A stretch of 64,000 nt of DNA from the NCBI RefSeq assembly GCF_036365525.1, contig NC_090373.1:27819571-27883570 (forward strand), in the 5' to 3' direction. Below the pieces are notes generated by a model. The model was given only the letters and a program-made list of their open reading frames with translations. It was not told the origin of the DNA and searched no databases. How positions within the stretch are numbered: position 1 is the first letter of the stretch; the number at the start of each line of letters is the position of its first letter. Positions 30,151 through 42,653 of this stretch are shown piece after piece. Made by a program: the position numbers and the translations under genes. The DNA comes from Heterodontus francisci. Taxonomy: Eukaryota.

Positions 30151-31244
30151 TTATTACCTCTCAGCAACATCATCTGAAAACATGACATCAGGTTCCACAC
30201 TTACGCTGATGACAACCAGTTCTGCCTCACCACCACCTCTCTTGACCTCTCCACTACCTCTAATTTGTCACGTTGCTTGTCGAAGATCCAGTATTGGATG
30301 AGCAGAAATTTCCTCCAACTAAATATTGGGAAGACTGAAGCCATTATCTTTGGTCCACATCACAAACTCCATCCCTTTCTCTGGTCACTGTGTGAGGGCT
30401 GAACCAGACCATTCGCAACGTTGGTGTCCTATCTGAGCATGAGATGAGCTTCTGACCTCCTATCTGCTCTATCACCAAGACCGCCAACTTCCATCTCCAT
30501 AACATGGCCCATATCCACCCCTGCCTCAGCTCATTTTCTGCTGAAATCCTCATGTCTTTTTTACCTCTAGACTTGATAATTCCAATACACTCCAGCCAGC
30601 CTCCTATCTTGCACCCTCCGTAAACATGAGCTCATCCAAAACTCTGCTACCCGTATCCTAACTTGCACCAAGCCCCGTTCACCTTTCACCCCTGTACTCA
30701 CTGACCTACATTGACTCCCGGTTAAACAATGCCTTTGCAAGGTTTAGAGTATTTTTTATGGCCTACTTTTATGAATAACTTTGTAATAAGCCCGTTCACC
30801 TTTCACCCCTATGTTCACTGACTCCATTGGCTCCCAGTTAAACAACGCCTTTATTTTAAAATTATCATCTTCATTTTCAAATCTCTCCATTACGTTGCCC
30901 CTCCCTAACTCTGTAATGGCCTCCAGCCCTACAATCCTATGAGATCTCTGCACTCTTCCAATTTTGGCCTATTACACATCCCCAATTTTAATCATCCCAA
31001 CATTGTTGGATGTGCCTTCAGCTGCCTAATCTCTGGAATTCCCTCCCTAAACCTCCTCACCTCTGTTTCTTTCTTCGAGTAAAACCTACCTCTTTGACCA
31101 AGCTCTTGATCATATAATCTAATATCTCCTTATGTGGCTTGATGTCAAAATGGTGCTTTGGGACATTTTACTATGTAAAGGCCCTCGATTAATGCAAGTT
31201 GTTGTTATTGTTCCTATCTTTCCAGGAACTCCAGATTTGATTTT

Positions 31245-33650
31245 TTTTTTATTCATTCATGGGATGTGGGCATCGCTGGCAAAGCCAGCTTTTATTGCCC
31301 ATCCCTAATTGCCCTTGAGAAGGTGGTGGTGAGCTGCCTTCTTGAACCTTTGCAGTCCGTGTGGGGTAGGTACACCCACAGTGCTGTTAGGAAGGGAGTT
31401 CCAGGATTTTGACCCAACATCTGTGAGGGAATGGTGATATAGTTCCAAGTCAGGAGGGTGTGTGGTTTGAAGGGGAACTTTCAGGTGATGGTGTTCCACA
31501 CATGCTGCCCTTGTCCTTCAAGGTGGTAGAGGTCATGGGTTTGGAAGGTGCTGTCGAAGGAGCCTTGGTGCATTGCTGCAGTGCATCTTGTAGATGGTAC
31601 ACACTGCTGCCACTGTGCATCAGTGGTGGAGGGAATGAATGTTGTGAGATGGGGTTCCAATCAAGCGAGCTGCTTTGTCCTGGATGGTGTCGAGCTTCTT
31701 GAGTGTTGTTGGAGCTGCACCCATCCAGGCAAGTGGAGAGTATTCCATCACACTCCTGACGTGCCTTGTAGATGGTGGACAGGCTTTGGGGAGTCAGGAG
31801 GTGAGTTACTCGCGGCAGGATTCCTAGCCTCTGACCTGCTCTTGTAGCCATGGTATTTATATGGCTACTCCAGTTCAGTTTCTGGTCAATGGTAGCCCCT
31901 AGGATGTTAATAGCGGGGGTTTCAGCGATGGTAATGCCATTGAATGTCAAGGGGAGATGGTTAGATTCTCTCTTGTTGGAGATGGTTATTGCCTGGCACT
32001 TGTGTGGCACGAATGTTACTTGCCACTTATCAGCCCAAGCAGGGTTGTTGTCCAGGTCTTGCTGCATTTCTACATGGACTGCTTCAGTATCTGAAGAGTC
32101 ACGAATGGTACTGAACATTGTGCAATCACCAACAAACATCCCCACTTCTGACCTTATGATTGAAGGAAGGTCATTGATGAAGCAGCTGAAGATGATTGGG
32201 CCTAGGACACTACCCTGAGGAATTCCTGCAGTGATGTCCTGGAGCTCAGATGATTGTCCTCCAATGACCACAACCATCTTCCTTCACATTAGGTATGACT
32301 TCAATCAGTGGCGTTTTTTCCCCCTGATTCCCATTGAGTCCAGTTTTGCTAGGGCTCCTTGATACCATACTCGGTCAAATGCTGTTTTGATGTCAAAGGC
32401 AGTCAATTTCACCTCACCTCTGAAATTTTGTTCTTTTGTCAATGTTTGAACCAAGGCTGTAATGAGGTCAGGAGCTGAGTGGCCCTGGCGGAACCCAAAC
32501 TGAGCGTCACTAAGCAGGTTATTGCTAAGCAAGTGCCGCTTGATGGCACTGTCGACAACACCTTCCATCACTTTACTGATGATTGAGAGTAGACTGATGG
32601 GGCGGTAATTGGCCGGGTTGGACTTGTCCTGCTTTTTGTGCACATGACATACCTGGGCAATTTTCCACATTGCAGGGTAGATGCCAGTGTTGTAGCTGCA
32701 CTGGAACAGCTTGGTTAGGGAAAATCCTGGAGTACTATTGCTGGAATATTGTCAGGGCCCACAGCCTTTGCAGTATCAGTGCCTTCAGTCGTTTCTTGAT
32801 ATCATTATTGAGGATGGGGATATTTGTGGAGCCACCTCCTGCTGTTAGTTGTTTAATTGTCCACCACCATTCACGACTGGAGTCGGCAGGTCTGCAGAGC
32901 TTAGATCTGATCCATTGGTTATGGGATTGCTTAGCTCTGTCTATCGCCTGCTTCTGACACTGTTTGGCATGCAGATAGTCCTCTGTTGTAGCTTCACCAG
33001 GTGACACCTCGTTTTGAGGTATGCCTGGTGCTGCTCCTGGCATGCCCTCCTGCACTCTTCATTGAACCAGGGTTGGTCTCCTGGCTTGATGGTAATGGTA
33101 GAGTGGGGGATATGCCAGGCCATGAGGTTACATATTGTGATTGAGTACAATTCTGCTGCTGATGGCCCACAGCGCCTCATAGATGCCCAGTTTTGCATTG
33201 CTAGATCTGTTCGAAATCTATCCCATTTAGCACAGTGGTACTGCCAGACAACATGATGGAGGGTATCCTCAATGTGAAGGCAGGACTTCGTCTCCACAAG
33301 GACGGTGTGGTGGTCACTTCTACCAATACTGTCATGGACAGACGCATCTGCGACAGGCAGATTGGTGAGGATGAGGTCAAGTATGTTTTTCCCTCTTGTT
33401 GGTTCCCTCACCACCTGCCACAGACCCAGTCTAGCAGCTATATCCTTTAGAACTCTGCCAGCTCAGTCAGCAGTGGTGCTACCGAGCCACCCTTGATGAT
33501 GGACATTGAAGTCCCCCATCCAGAGTACATTCTGCACCCTTGCCACCCTCAATGCTTCCTCCAAGTGCTGTTCAACGTGGCGGAGTACTGACTCATCAGC
33601 TGAGGGGGAGGGGGGAGGTGGTAGATGGTAATCAGCAGGAGGTTTCCTTG
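31245..33650 (-). mobile_element. CR1-like LINE (second family) with APE endonuclease and RT remnants
   Basis: WMGDFNVHH and SDHHTV (APE); NYRPISLLSIISKVME, QFGFRQGHSAPDL and [10 protein letters not shown] (RT); poly(A)-ended 3' tail near 31245. Confidence 0.85.
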
Positions 33651-33654
33651 CCCA

Positions 33655-36600
33655 TATACTACACAACAGTGGCCTGCAAGTATACAGAAGCTGTAAGATA
33701 TTCATCACACCCAAAAGCAGGACAAAGAATTTACTTGTATACGTCAATACTGCACACAGGAATGGCCTCAACAATGTCTTTGTGGTAAGATCATGAAAAC
33801 TTGCTACAAATTCAGAAAACACCTCACAATCATCGATGATTTGCTGGTGTATAATGACAGACTAGTCATTCCGAGTTCAGTCACATTGGATATCTTGGAA
33901 CGTCTACATCAGGGTCACATGGCATAACGAACTGCAGAGCACGGGCTCGGTCATCAATGTGGTGGCCAGGAATATCCAAATACATAGAAAACATAGTCCT
34001 GAACTGCCAAGTGGGTTCAATACATAGACTGGAGCAGAGAGAACATCTGATTACAACAAAATTCCCAACCAGACCGTGGGAATGGCTACGGATGGATTTA
34101 TTCATGTACAACGGAAAATCCTAAATAATCGGGATCAATTATTTCTCATGATGGATTGAAGTGAAGTGGTTGTATTCAACAGCAACAGAATCTGTTACCC
34201 TGAACTGTGCAGGAGATCTTTGCGACACATGGTATCCCTGATGAAGTCCTGTCAGACAATGGACCACAGTTGGCAAATTAATACTTCACACAATAAAAGG
34301 AGGAGTGGGGCTGATTCAAGACCAGAAAGGGGATTTACAAATGGAGACAGAGGGCATAGCTGAGATATTAAATGAATACTTTGCACCTGCCTTTACCAAG
34401 AAAGAATATGCAACCCAGGCAATGGTGAAAGAGGAGGGGGTCAGACACTAGAGGGGTTTAAAATTGATAAAGAGAAAGTATTAGATAGGCTGTCTGTACT
34501 TAAAGTGGATAAAGCACCAGCGCTGGATGAGATGTATCCAAGGATACTGAGGGAAGTGAGGGTGAAAATCGCAGAGGCACTGGCCATAATTTTTCAGTCT
34601 TCCTTAGAATTAGGGGTGGTGTCAGAGGGCTGGAGAATTGCAAATGTTACACCCTTAGAGTCGTAGAGTTATGCAGTACAGAAATAGGCCCTTTGGCCCA
34701 TTGTGTCTGTGCCAGCCATCAAAAAAGGGTGTAAAGATAAGCCCAGCAACGACAGGCCAGTCAGTTTAACTTTGGGGGTGGGAAAACGTCTAGAAAAAAT
34801 AATTTGGGACAATACCAATAGTTGCATGGACAAATGCGAGTTGATTAAGGAAAGCCAACATGGATTTCTTAAGGGAAAATCATGTTTAACTAACTTTCTG
34901 GAGTGTTTTGAGGAGGTAACAGATGGTTGATGAGGGAAATGCTGTTGATGTGGTGTACATACACTTTCAAAAGGCGTTTGATACAATGCCACACAACAGA
35001 CTTGTGAGCAAACTTGTAACTCATGGAATAAAAGGGACGATAGCAACATGGATACGAAATTGGCTGAGTGACAGGAAACAAAGAGTAAGTGGTTAATGGA
35101 TGTTTTTCGGGCTGGAGGAATGTTTGTAGTGGAGATCCCCAGGGATTAGTGTTGGGAACCTTGCTTTTCCTGATATATATTAATGACCTAGACTAGGGCA
35201 CAATTTCAAAGTTTGCAGATGATAGGAAACTTGGAAGCATTGTGAACTGTGAGGAGGATAATGTCGAACTTCAAAAGGACATAGACAAGTTAGTTGAATG
35301 GGCAGACAGGTGGCAGATGAAGTTCAATGCAGAGAAATGTGAGGTGATTCATTTTGGTAGGAAGAACATGGAGAGACAATATAGAATAAAGGGCACAATT
35401 CTAAAGGGGTGCAAGAGCAGAGGAATCTAGGTGTATATGTGCATAAGTCATTAAAGGTGGCAGGACAAGTTGACAAAGCAGTTAATAAAGCATACAATAT
35501 TCTGGGCTTTATTAATAGGGGCATAGAGTACAAGAGCAAGGAAGTTAAGTTGAACTTGTATAAGACACTAGTCCGGACTCAGCTGGAGTATTGCATCCTG
35601 TTCTAGGCACCGCACTTGAGGAAAGATGTGAGGGCATTGGAGAGAGTACAGAAAAGATTCACGAGAATGGTTCCAGGGATGAGGAATTTCAGTTATGAAG
35701 ATAGATTGGAGAGGTTAGGACTGTCTTCCTTGGAAAAGAAGAGGCTGAGAGGTGATTTGATAGAGGTATTCAAAATCATGAGGGGTCTGGACAGAGTAGA
35801 TAGAGAGAAACTGTTCCCACTCGTGAAAGGATCGAGAACGAGAGGGCACAGATTTAAAGTATTTGGTAAGAGAAGCAAAAGTGACATGAGGAAAAACTTT
35901 TTCATACAGCGAATGGTTAAGTTCTGGAATGCACTGCCTGAGAATGTGGTGCAGACAGGTTCAATTGAAGCATTCAAAAGGGAATTCGACAGTTATATGA
36001 AAAGGAAGAATGTGCAGGGTTATGGGGAGAAGGCAGGGGAGTGGAACTGAGGGAATTGCTCTTTCAGAGAGACAGTGCTGAGACGATGGGCCGAATGGCC
36101 TCCTTCTGCACTGTAACGATTCTGTGACTTTTCAAGAAGATGGGGATTTGAGCATTTCACGAGTTCACCACGATATCGTCAGTCAAACAGCAAAGCCGAA
36201 AGAGGAGTAGGAACCATAAATGCATTGTTGAAGAAGAACGAAGATCTTGCAACCGCATTGATTAATTATCGATCTACTTTGTTGTTGTGTGGACTATCAC
36301 TTTCTGAGCTGTTAATGGGGAGGAAGATAAAAATCCAACTTCCCATTTTGCCTAGAAAACTACTTCCGGGGCTAAACGTCAAACACTACCGTAAAGTCTG
36401 AGAGAGAGAAGTACAACAGGAACCAACAAACGTACAATTACAACAAAGGATTTCATGCTAGAAACTTACCTCAGCTAAAGAAAGGTGAGAAGGTATGGAT
36501 ACAAGACCTAGAATGGGAAGGTGTTGTCATCCAAAAGGATGACAATTATCAAAGATCGTATCTAGTATGCACGGCAGAGAGTACTATACAATGAAATAGG

Positions 36601-37117
36601 AGAAACATTATCCCTATTCCGTAGAAACAACAATCAATCATTTATCTGGACGAACCCCAGATGATAGTCAAGAAATCCAGAGACAACAGGATACTACAAA
36701 CATTGGTCAAAGCCATCCAAGTCGTCCAAAAAGACTTTGAAGCAAGACTACTGATATTCAGACTCCAATAAGAATATGATCAGGGAGAATTGTGAAGCCT
36801 CCTGATAGGCTGAATCTGTGATGGTCAGAGACTTGGGGGGAGATGGGGTAGTATGTAAAGTTAAAATGAATGAATGTATATATGTCAAAAATAGATAGGG
36901 ACAAAGACTTGGGAGGAGATGTAGTATAAGGGCCTGAAAGGATTAATGTTTGAGGCAGTGAGAGTAAAACCCTCCCACTGTTGTGATGACGAGGTAATAG
37001 GCACTTGGGTATTAGACTTGCTGGCTAGGTCGGCTTGTGGAGAGTGTAAATAGTTATATGCAGCCCTATAAAGACTCCCAAGACTTTCATAGACAACACT
37101 CGATCTGTGCTACAACA
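33655..37117 (+). mobile_element. Gypsy-type LTR retrotransposon remnant (integrase + PPT + 3' LTR), split by a CR1
   Basis: Integrase-like pieces LHQGH.GI...RARARSSMWWPG, RPWE, HGIPDEVLSDNGPQ | WGFEHFTSSPRY.QSN.KAER.V.TI; purine tract GGGAGGAGA followed by TGTAGT (about 36920) running to ...CTACAACA. Confidence 0.75.
34290..36128 (+). mobile_element. CR1 LINE nested in the Gypsy integrase
   Basis: DKPSNDRPVSLT, SQHGFLKGKSCLTNFLE, WADRWQMKFNAEKC, LERVQKRFTRM; 3' tail GGGCCGAATGGCCTCCTTCTGCACTGTAACGATTCTGTGA. Confidence 0.88.
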
Positions 37118-37859
37118 ACATACTTCTCTGCCTCTCTACCTCCTTTAAGGCTCCTTAAAACCTTCCTCTCTGGCCAAGATTTTGGTTATCTGACCTAATA
37201 TCTGGTTTTGTGACTCAGTGTCATACTTAGTTTTATAATGCTCCTGTAAAGCACCTTGGGATGTTTTATTTCGTGAAAGGTGCTATATAAATAAAAGTTG
37301 TTGTTGAAACATGGCAGCCAATTTGTGCACAGCAAAGTCCCACAAACAGCAATGATAAGGCTAGACAGATGGTTTGAAGGAAAGTGGGATTATGGAGACA
37401 GGTCGAGAGAGAATGGAGAGAATCGAATGGCTGGTTTATGTGTTACAAATTTCGATGACATTTCCAGTATATGCTTATCCAGGATTATTCTGCAAACCAT
37501 GGAAAAAAAAGCTCCAAGATAAACAGATTTAAAAAAACAAGGGGAAACTGAAGGTGCTAAAGAGACTCACTGAAAGGAAAGTAAGTGAAATTAGTGTTAA
37601 AACAATCCTCGATGTGGTATTGTAGAGAACAAATTGAATCGCTTGTTGGTGAATTTGTTTGGGATTCTTCACAACAGCTAGTCTTGTTCATTGTTGCTGG
37701 TTTTTATAAAATTTCAGATCCTTTGAGGATTTAAAAAAAATACAGAAATTTGAAAGGAGCTTGAGCCAGATGGGAGGGATCTGAAATGCAAGCAGTGCAT
37801 TGGAGCTGGGCTGCAATGTTTGCACAGTTGCTGCAAACAGCCATATGATGGGGGTAGTC

Positions 37860-37975
37860 ACACTCTCAGCCAACTAACGTCAAAGTCTCATGAGATGTGG
37901 AGCTTGTGGGAAGGAGCTGCTGTGCATTTGTTTTGATCGGATCGGCTGGTTCTGCTTTATCTTCCCCCTTCGGCG
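37860..37975 (+). promoter_or_regulatory. Candidate PSEN2 promoter / non-coding first exon
   Basis: Repeat-free, mildly CpG-enriched segment with TAACGTCA (CRE-like), palindromic TCTCATGAGA and a donor-like GCG|GTATGT at 37975/37976. An upstream non-coding exon is implied because the ATG exon begins with an acceptor. Confidence 0.3.
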
Positions 37976-38554
37976 GTATGTCTGGCTGTCGCTGATAGAT
38001 ACTTCTGAACATCACAAACCTTCGGTTCCCTTTGGACCAGGCAAGTTACAAAAGGGGAGAGGGTTGGAATGAGGCCTCTGTGCCTGTCGCTGACACTTTA
38101 GTCGAGCTTTGATTTTATTGAGCACTCAGTTCCTGGTCTGCGGAGTGAGGCTGAGCAGTGCCCAGGAACTAGAGCAGCTTGTGCGGCAGGGCCAGAGGCT
38201 GCAGCAGGGAAGCCTTGTGTTATATAACCCAGGATTTACCCAGGGAAACTACCAGCTATGGGTCCTCATTCTGCGACACTCTGATACTCTGCTGCTTTCA
38301 TAGAATGAATACAACATATATATTTAACAGGCTGTTATTTTGAGCATTCATCAAATGATTCAGATAACCATACAACGATGCCTCTTTAATAGTAAATGAT
38401 TAGCAGGTTGGAGGTTAGACTTTCAATGAGGGCTGTAATTATCTTTTTAAAAATAACATTATCTGCACAACAGGCCCCTGAGAGTGAGGTGGGGGTGGTG
38501 GAATCAAATATATATTGCAGGGGCGTCGTTACTGTGACAGACTAGTTTTTTTCT

Positions 38555-38810
38555 GGGTGCCAACCCTTCCAGGATTGCCCTGGAGTGTGCAGGAAGTAAA
38601 GATTAATCTCCCGGATACATTCCTGTGAGCAAAACAAACCCAGAAGAAAAATCGTATGGGTGTTCTTAAAAAAAATTCTTTTACATTGGTTGTAAAAATA
38701 TTGGAGATGGGGGAACAAAAGCAGTTTCACTGACTGTCAAACACCAACTCAGGAGTGGAAGGTCATGTGGTGAAACCTCCAGGAATATGTCCAAGCAGAG
38801 TTGCCAACCC
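38555..38810. mobile_element. Old non-autonomous DNA-transposon-like element
   Basis: Degenerate ends GGGTGCCAAC...GTTGCCAACCC; related copies at 58703-59393 (interrupted by a SINE) and 54992-55033. Confidence 0.5.
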
Positions 38811-40323
38811 CTTTAGGCTAGTTTCAGGAATCCGCTGTTCCAAGATCCCTGCCCTGCGAATCAATCTGTGCTTCAGCACAAGCTCACACTGTGTGTTTAA
38901 ACTGGAGAGGAGCAAGCTGAGGTGTCACCTTATCATAATGGGCATAGACTAGATAAACATCAACATGTTTAACAGTCACTGATTTGGATACCTGGAGAGA
39001 CTGGAAAAGCTGGGGTTGTTCTCCTGAGAGCAGAGAAGGTTAAGGGGAGCTTTTAATGCAGGTGTTCAAAATCACAGAGGTTTTGAGAGAGTAAATAAGG
39101 AGAAAATCTTTTCACTGGCTGGAAAGTTGTTAACCAGAGGACACAGGTTTAAGATAATTGGCAAAAGAACCGGGAGCAGGGGAGGGGTGGGGGTGCAGTG
39201 GGGTTTGGGGGAGTCAAGGAGAATGTTTTTATGCAGTGAGTTGTTATGATCTGGAATGCACTGCCTGAAAGGGTGATGGAAGTAAATTCAATAGTAACAT
39301 TCAAGAGAATTCAATAAATACTTGAAAAGGAAAAAAACTTGGAGGACTGTGGGGAAAGAACAGGGGAGTGAGACTAATTGGATAGCTCTTTCAAAGAGCC
39401 GACACAGGCATGATGGGCTGAATGGCCTCCTTCTGTACTGTAAGATGCTATGATTCCACAACAAAAGGGAATAGCCTGAAACTCAGAGGAGCCAGGGTGT
39501 AAAGATGGAACCACTTTACACAGAGCGTGGTGAATGTGCGGACAGGAATGTAAGTGAGTCAGTGCTGGATGATTGCAGCAGCAAATTCAAGAGAGTTGGA
39601 TAAGCACCCAGAGCAACGTTTGGTAGAGGTATCTCTGTGCTGTCAGACTGCTTGTCCCACATCCATTCATGGATAAACAGTAATGTCCCCCCAGATAAAC
39701 GTTGGGAAGATCATCATCTTTGGGCCCCAGTCAGAGACTCTGTATTTAGATCACTCACTTCATTACCCCTTTCTGGGGACTGTTTAAACTCCAACCAGAC
39801 TATTCACAGTATCGGTGTCCTGTTCAACTCCAAACTGAAATTCTGACCACATGACCTCCCAATTAACGAGACTGGCGACTTCCATCTCCTTAACACTGTG
39901 GTTACAATACTGTCAGTGGCCCCTTGCGGTTACGCTGCTGATGCTGGCTCCCCGCGGTTATGTTCCTAATGCTGGCTCCTCCCAGTTACATCACTGACGC
40001 TGGCTGCTCCTGGGCCCCTCACAGTTACAGTACTGGCTCCCTGTGGTCACAGTACCGATTCCGGCTCGCCATTGCTACATTACTAAATCCAAAGCTTTAC
40101 TGGTATATTACTAAAAACAAGTCCTTCAGAATGACTTGGGGTGCAACACGGTCGATGGTGGGAAGGGAGTGTACCATGGTCAATGGGGTGTACCAGCTGC
40201 TGGAGGTAACATTTGACAGCTGCAGTGTTCTCCACCCATTCACAAACATTGCCTCTGTGTTTTTCACAGTTGCCCAGATAGTGTCTGTGAGATTATCCAC
40301 TCGTGCTCATAGAAAGCTCGTTC

Positions 40324-40455
40324 ATGATTTCATCAGACAGTGAAGAAGAACTGTACACTGAGAGGACGGCTCTGATGTCAGCCAATGCCTCTGCCACGTC
40401 CTCTTACCAGGATAGGGATGGGGCGCCTGGCTCCACCAACGTACAGACTAACCGG
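40324..40455 (+). CDS. PSEN2: Presenilin-2 coding exon 1
   Basis: Acceptor CACAG at 40269, upstream in-frame TAG, then MISSDSEEELYTERTALMSA... (PSEN2-type N-terminus SDSEEE..ERT.LMSA); donor CGG|GTAAGC. Confidence 0.85.
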
Positions 40456-40733
40456 GTAAGCACACCAACAGGTCAGGGTGAGCCACCCACTGTGGAGCTG
40501 TTGCAAGTATTTGTGCAAGTTAAGGTCTGAAAGCAGGTGGGTGCGTAACATAGAATGACTTACATCATAGAATTACATACATAACAAAATTATATCCATT
40601 ACATAGAATTACAGACATTACATAGAACTTACAACACAGAAACAGGCCATTCGGCCCAACTGGTCCATGCCCGTGTACATTCTCCACACAAGCCTCCTTC
40701 CACACCCTCTTCATCTCACCCTAACAGCATAAC

Positions 40734-41261
40734 TGTCGAAGATATTTTAATAACTCATACGGAGACTTCGAGATTCGTTACTAGGAGTTTATTTGCGTAA
40801 TATCACGGAGAGCCCGTACAGTCCGCACTGTAAGCAGCACTCTCTCGAACAGTGAAGAGTGCTTACATTTATACACCAAACTAAACAACTTTGCGCTATC
40901 AGTTCACATTCCATGACATTTAGCATCCCAGACCCCATCAATTGTCCTTGAGTCTTCCTTTCATCCTTATCAAGCTTGCATTCCTGAGTGCTTCGTGCAA
41001 TCTGCAGTTACATCAAAGCAGCTGTCGTATACTCTGATAAGAGGGGCCCTACATTCCTTATCAACAGGAATTGACAGCATACATTTCACAAGAGCCCATT
41101 GTTCCAAACCACAAAGTGTTACATGATTATACCACAAAGGAACAGATGTCCTTATAATTACAGGAATCACAGGCGTCAGCTAGTCTACTTTAACTATTTC
41201 ATACCCACTTAGCAAGCATAATGCTTTTGCTTATTTCCCATGATTATTATTTTCTTCCACA
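40734..41261 (-). mobile_element. Solo LTR (528 bp) inserted in a CR1 3' fragment
   Basis: TG...CA ends with short inverted repeats (TGTCGAAGA/TCTTCCACA); 5-bp TSD ATAAC (40729-40733, 41262-41266); TATAAA near 40870 and AATAAA near 40790 on the minus strand. Confidence 0.8.
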
Positions 41262-41761
41262 ATAACCTTCTATTCCTTTCTCTGTCATGTATTTATATAG
41301 CTTTCCCTTAAATGTATTCACCACAACTCCTCCCTGTGGTAGCAAGTTCCACATTCTAACCATTCTCTGGGTGATGAGGTTTCTCCTGAATTTCCTATTG
41401 GATTTAGTAGTGACTATCTTATATTTATGGCCTCTAGTTTTGGATTCCCCACAAGTGAAAATATTTTCTATACATCTACCCTATCGAACCCCTTTGTAAT
41501 TTTAAAGACCTCTATTAGGTCACCCCTCAGCCCTCTCTTTTCTAGAGAAAAGAGTCCCAGTCTGTTTAGTCTTTCTTGATAAGCATAACCTCTCAGTTCT
41601 GGTATTCTCATAAATCTTTTTTGCACCTCCCTCAGTGCCTCTAAAGCCTTTTGTAATATGGAGACTAGAACTGTGCCTGTACTCCAGGTGTGGTCTAAGC
41701 AACATTCTATACAAGTTTTACAAAACTATTACTATCATCCTGTGTTGTTTTGCCTGCACAG

Positions 41762-42000
41762 CGCCGATTGGCAGCCAGTCGTCCCGCAGATCCTTTGGAG
41801 AGGAGTGAAGGTGCAGAGGGCGGGCCTGCGAGCAGAGATGCAGTCGGAGAGGGCGAGGAGGAGGAGGAGGAGGAGGAGCTGATTCTGAAGTATGGGGCGA
41901 AGCATGTCATCATGCTCTTTGTGCCCGTCACGCTGTGTATGGCGGTGGTGGTGGTGACGATCAAGTCAGTCAGCTTCTACACGGAGAAGGACGGGCAGCT
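41762..42000 (+). CDS. PSEN2: Presenilin-2 coding exon 2
   Basis: CAG acceptor; ...[47 protein letters not shown]; phase-2 donor GTAAGT. Confidence 0.93.
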
Positions 42001-42653
42001 GTAAGTGTCCCACAAAGCGCCAACTCGGGATTTGAATATTTAAGGATCTCTCTGGCAAACTTTGCACATGTTCATTGTATTTACAGCCCAGAAACAGGCC
42101 ACTCGGCCCAACTGGTCCATGCTGGTGCTTAGCGCCACACAAGCCTCCTCACACCCTCTTCATTTAACCCTATCAGCATATTCTTCTATTCCTTTCTCCC
42201 TCATGTTTATCTAGGTTCCCTTAACATAACATAGAAAATACAGCACAGAACAGGCCCTTCGGCCCACGATGTTGTGCCGATCCTTTGTCCTCTGTCAAGG
42301 ACAATTTAATCTATACCCCATCATTCTCCTTTATCCATATACCTATCTATTCTATTATACTTCAACCACTCCTTGTGGTAGTGAGTTCCATCTTCTCACC
42401 ACTCTCTCAGTAAGGAAGTTTATCCTGAATTATATATTGGATTTATTAGTGACTAAATTGTATTTCTGGCTCTGAGTTTTAGACTCCCCCCAACAAGTGG
42501 AAACATTTCCTTTACATCTACCCTATCAAACCCCTTCATTATCTTTAAAACCTCTATCAGGTCACCCCTCAGACTTGTCTAGATAAAAGACCCCCAGCCT
42601 ATTCAGTCATTCCTGATAGGTCTAACCTCTTAGTCCTGGTACCCTACTTGTAA

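Larger units (their letters stand above)
27972..31205 (+). mobile_element. Old L2-clade LINE, interrupted at about 28024-30157 by younger insertions
   Basis: 27972-28024 resembles RT VPQxSILGP..F.IYT; sequence resumes at about 30158 with ...[24 protein letters not shown] and HWLPVKQR, and ends in the L2 tail AATGCAAGTTGTTGTT. Confidence 0.65.

Noticed and set aside
39895-40070. Degenerate roughly 29-bp tandem repeat upstream of the PSEN2 ATG exon
   Set aside because: Few, highly diverged units; no basis for a functional claim.
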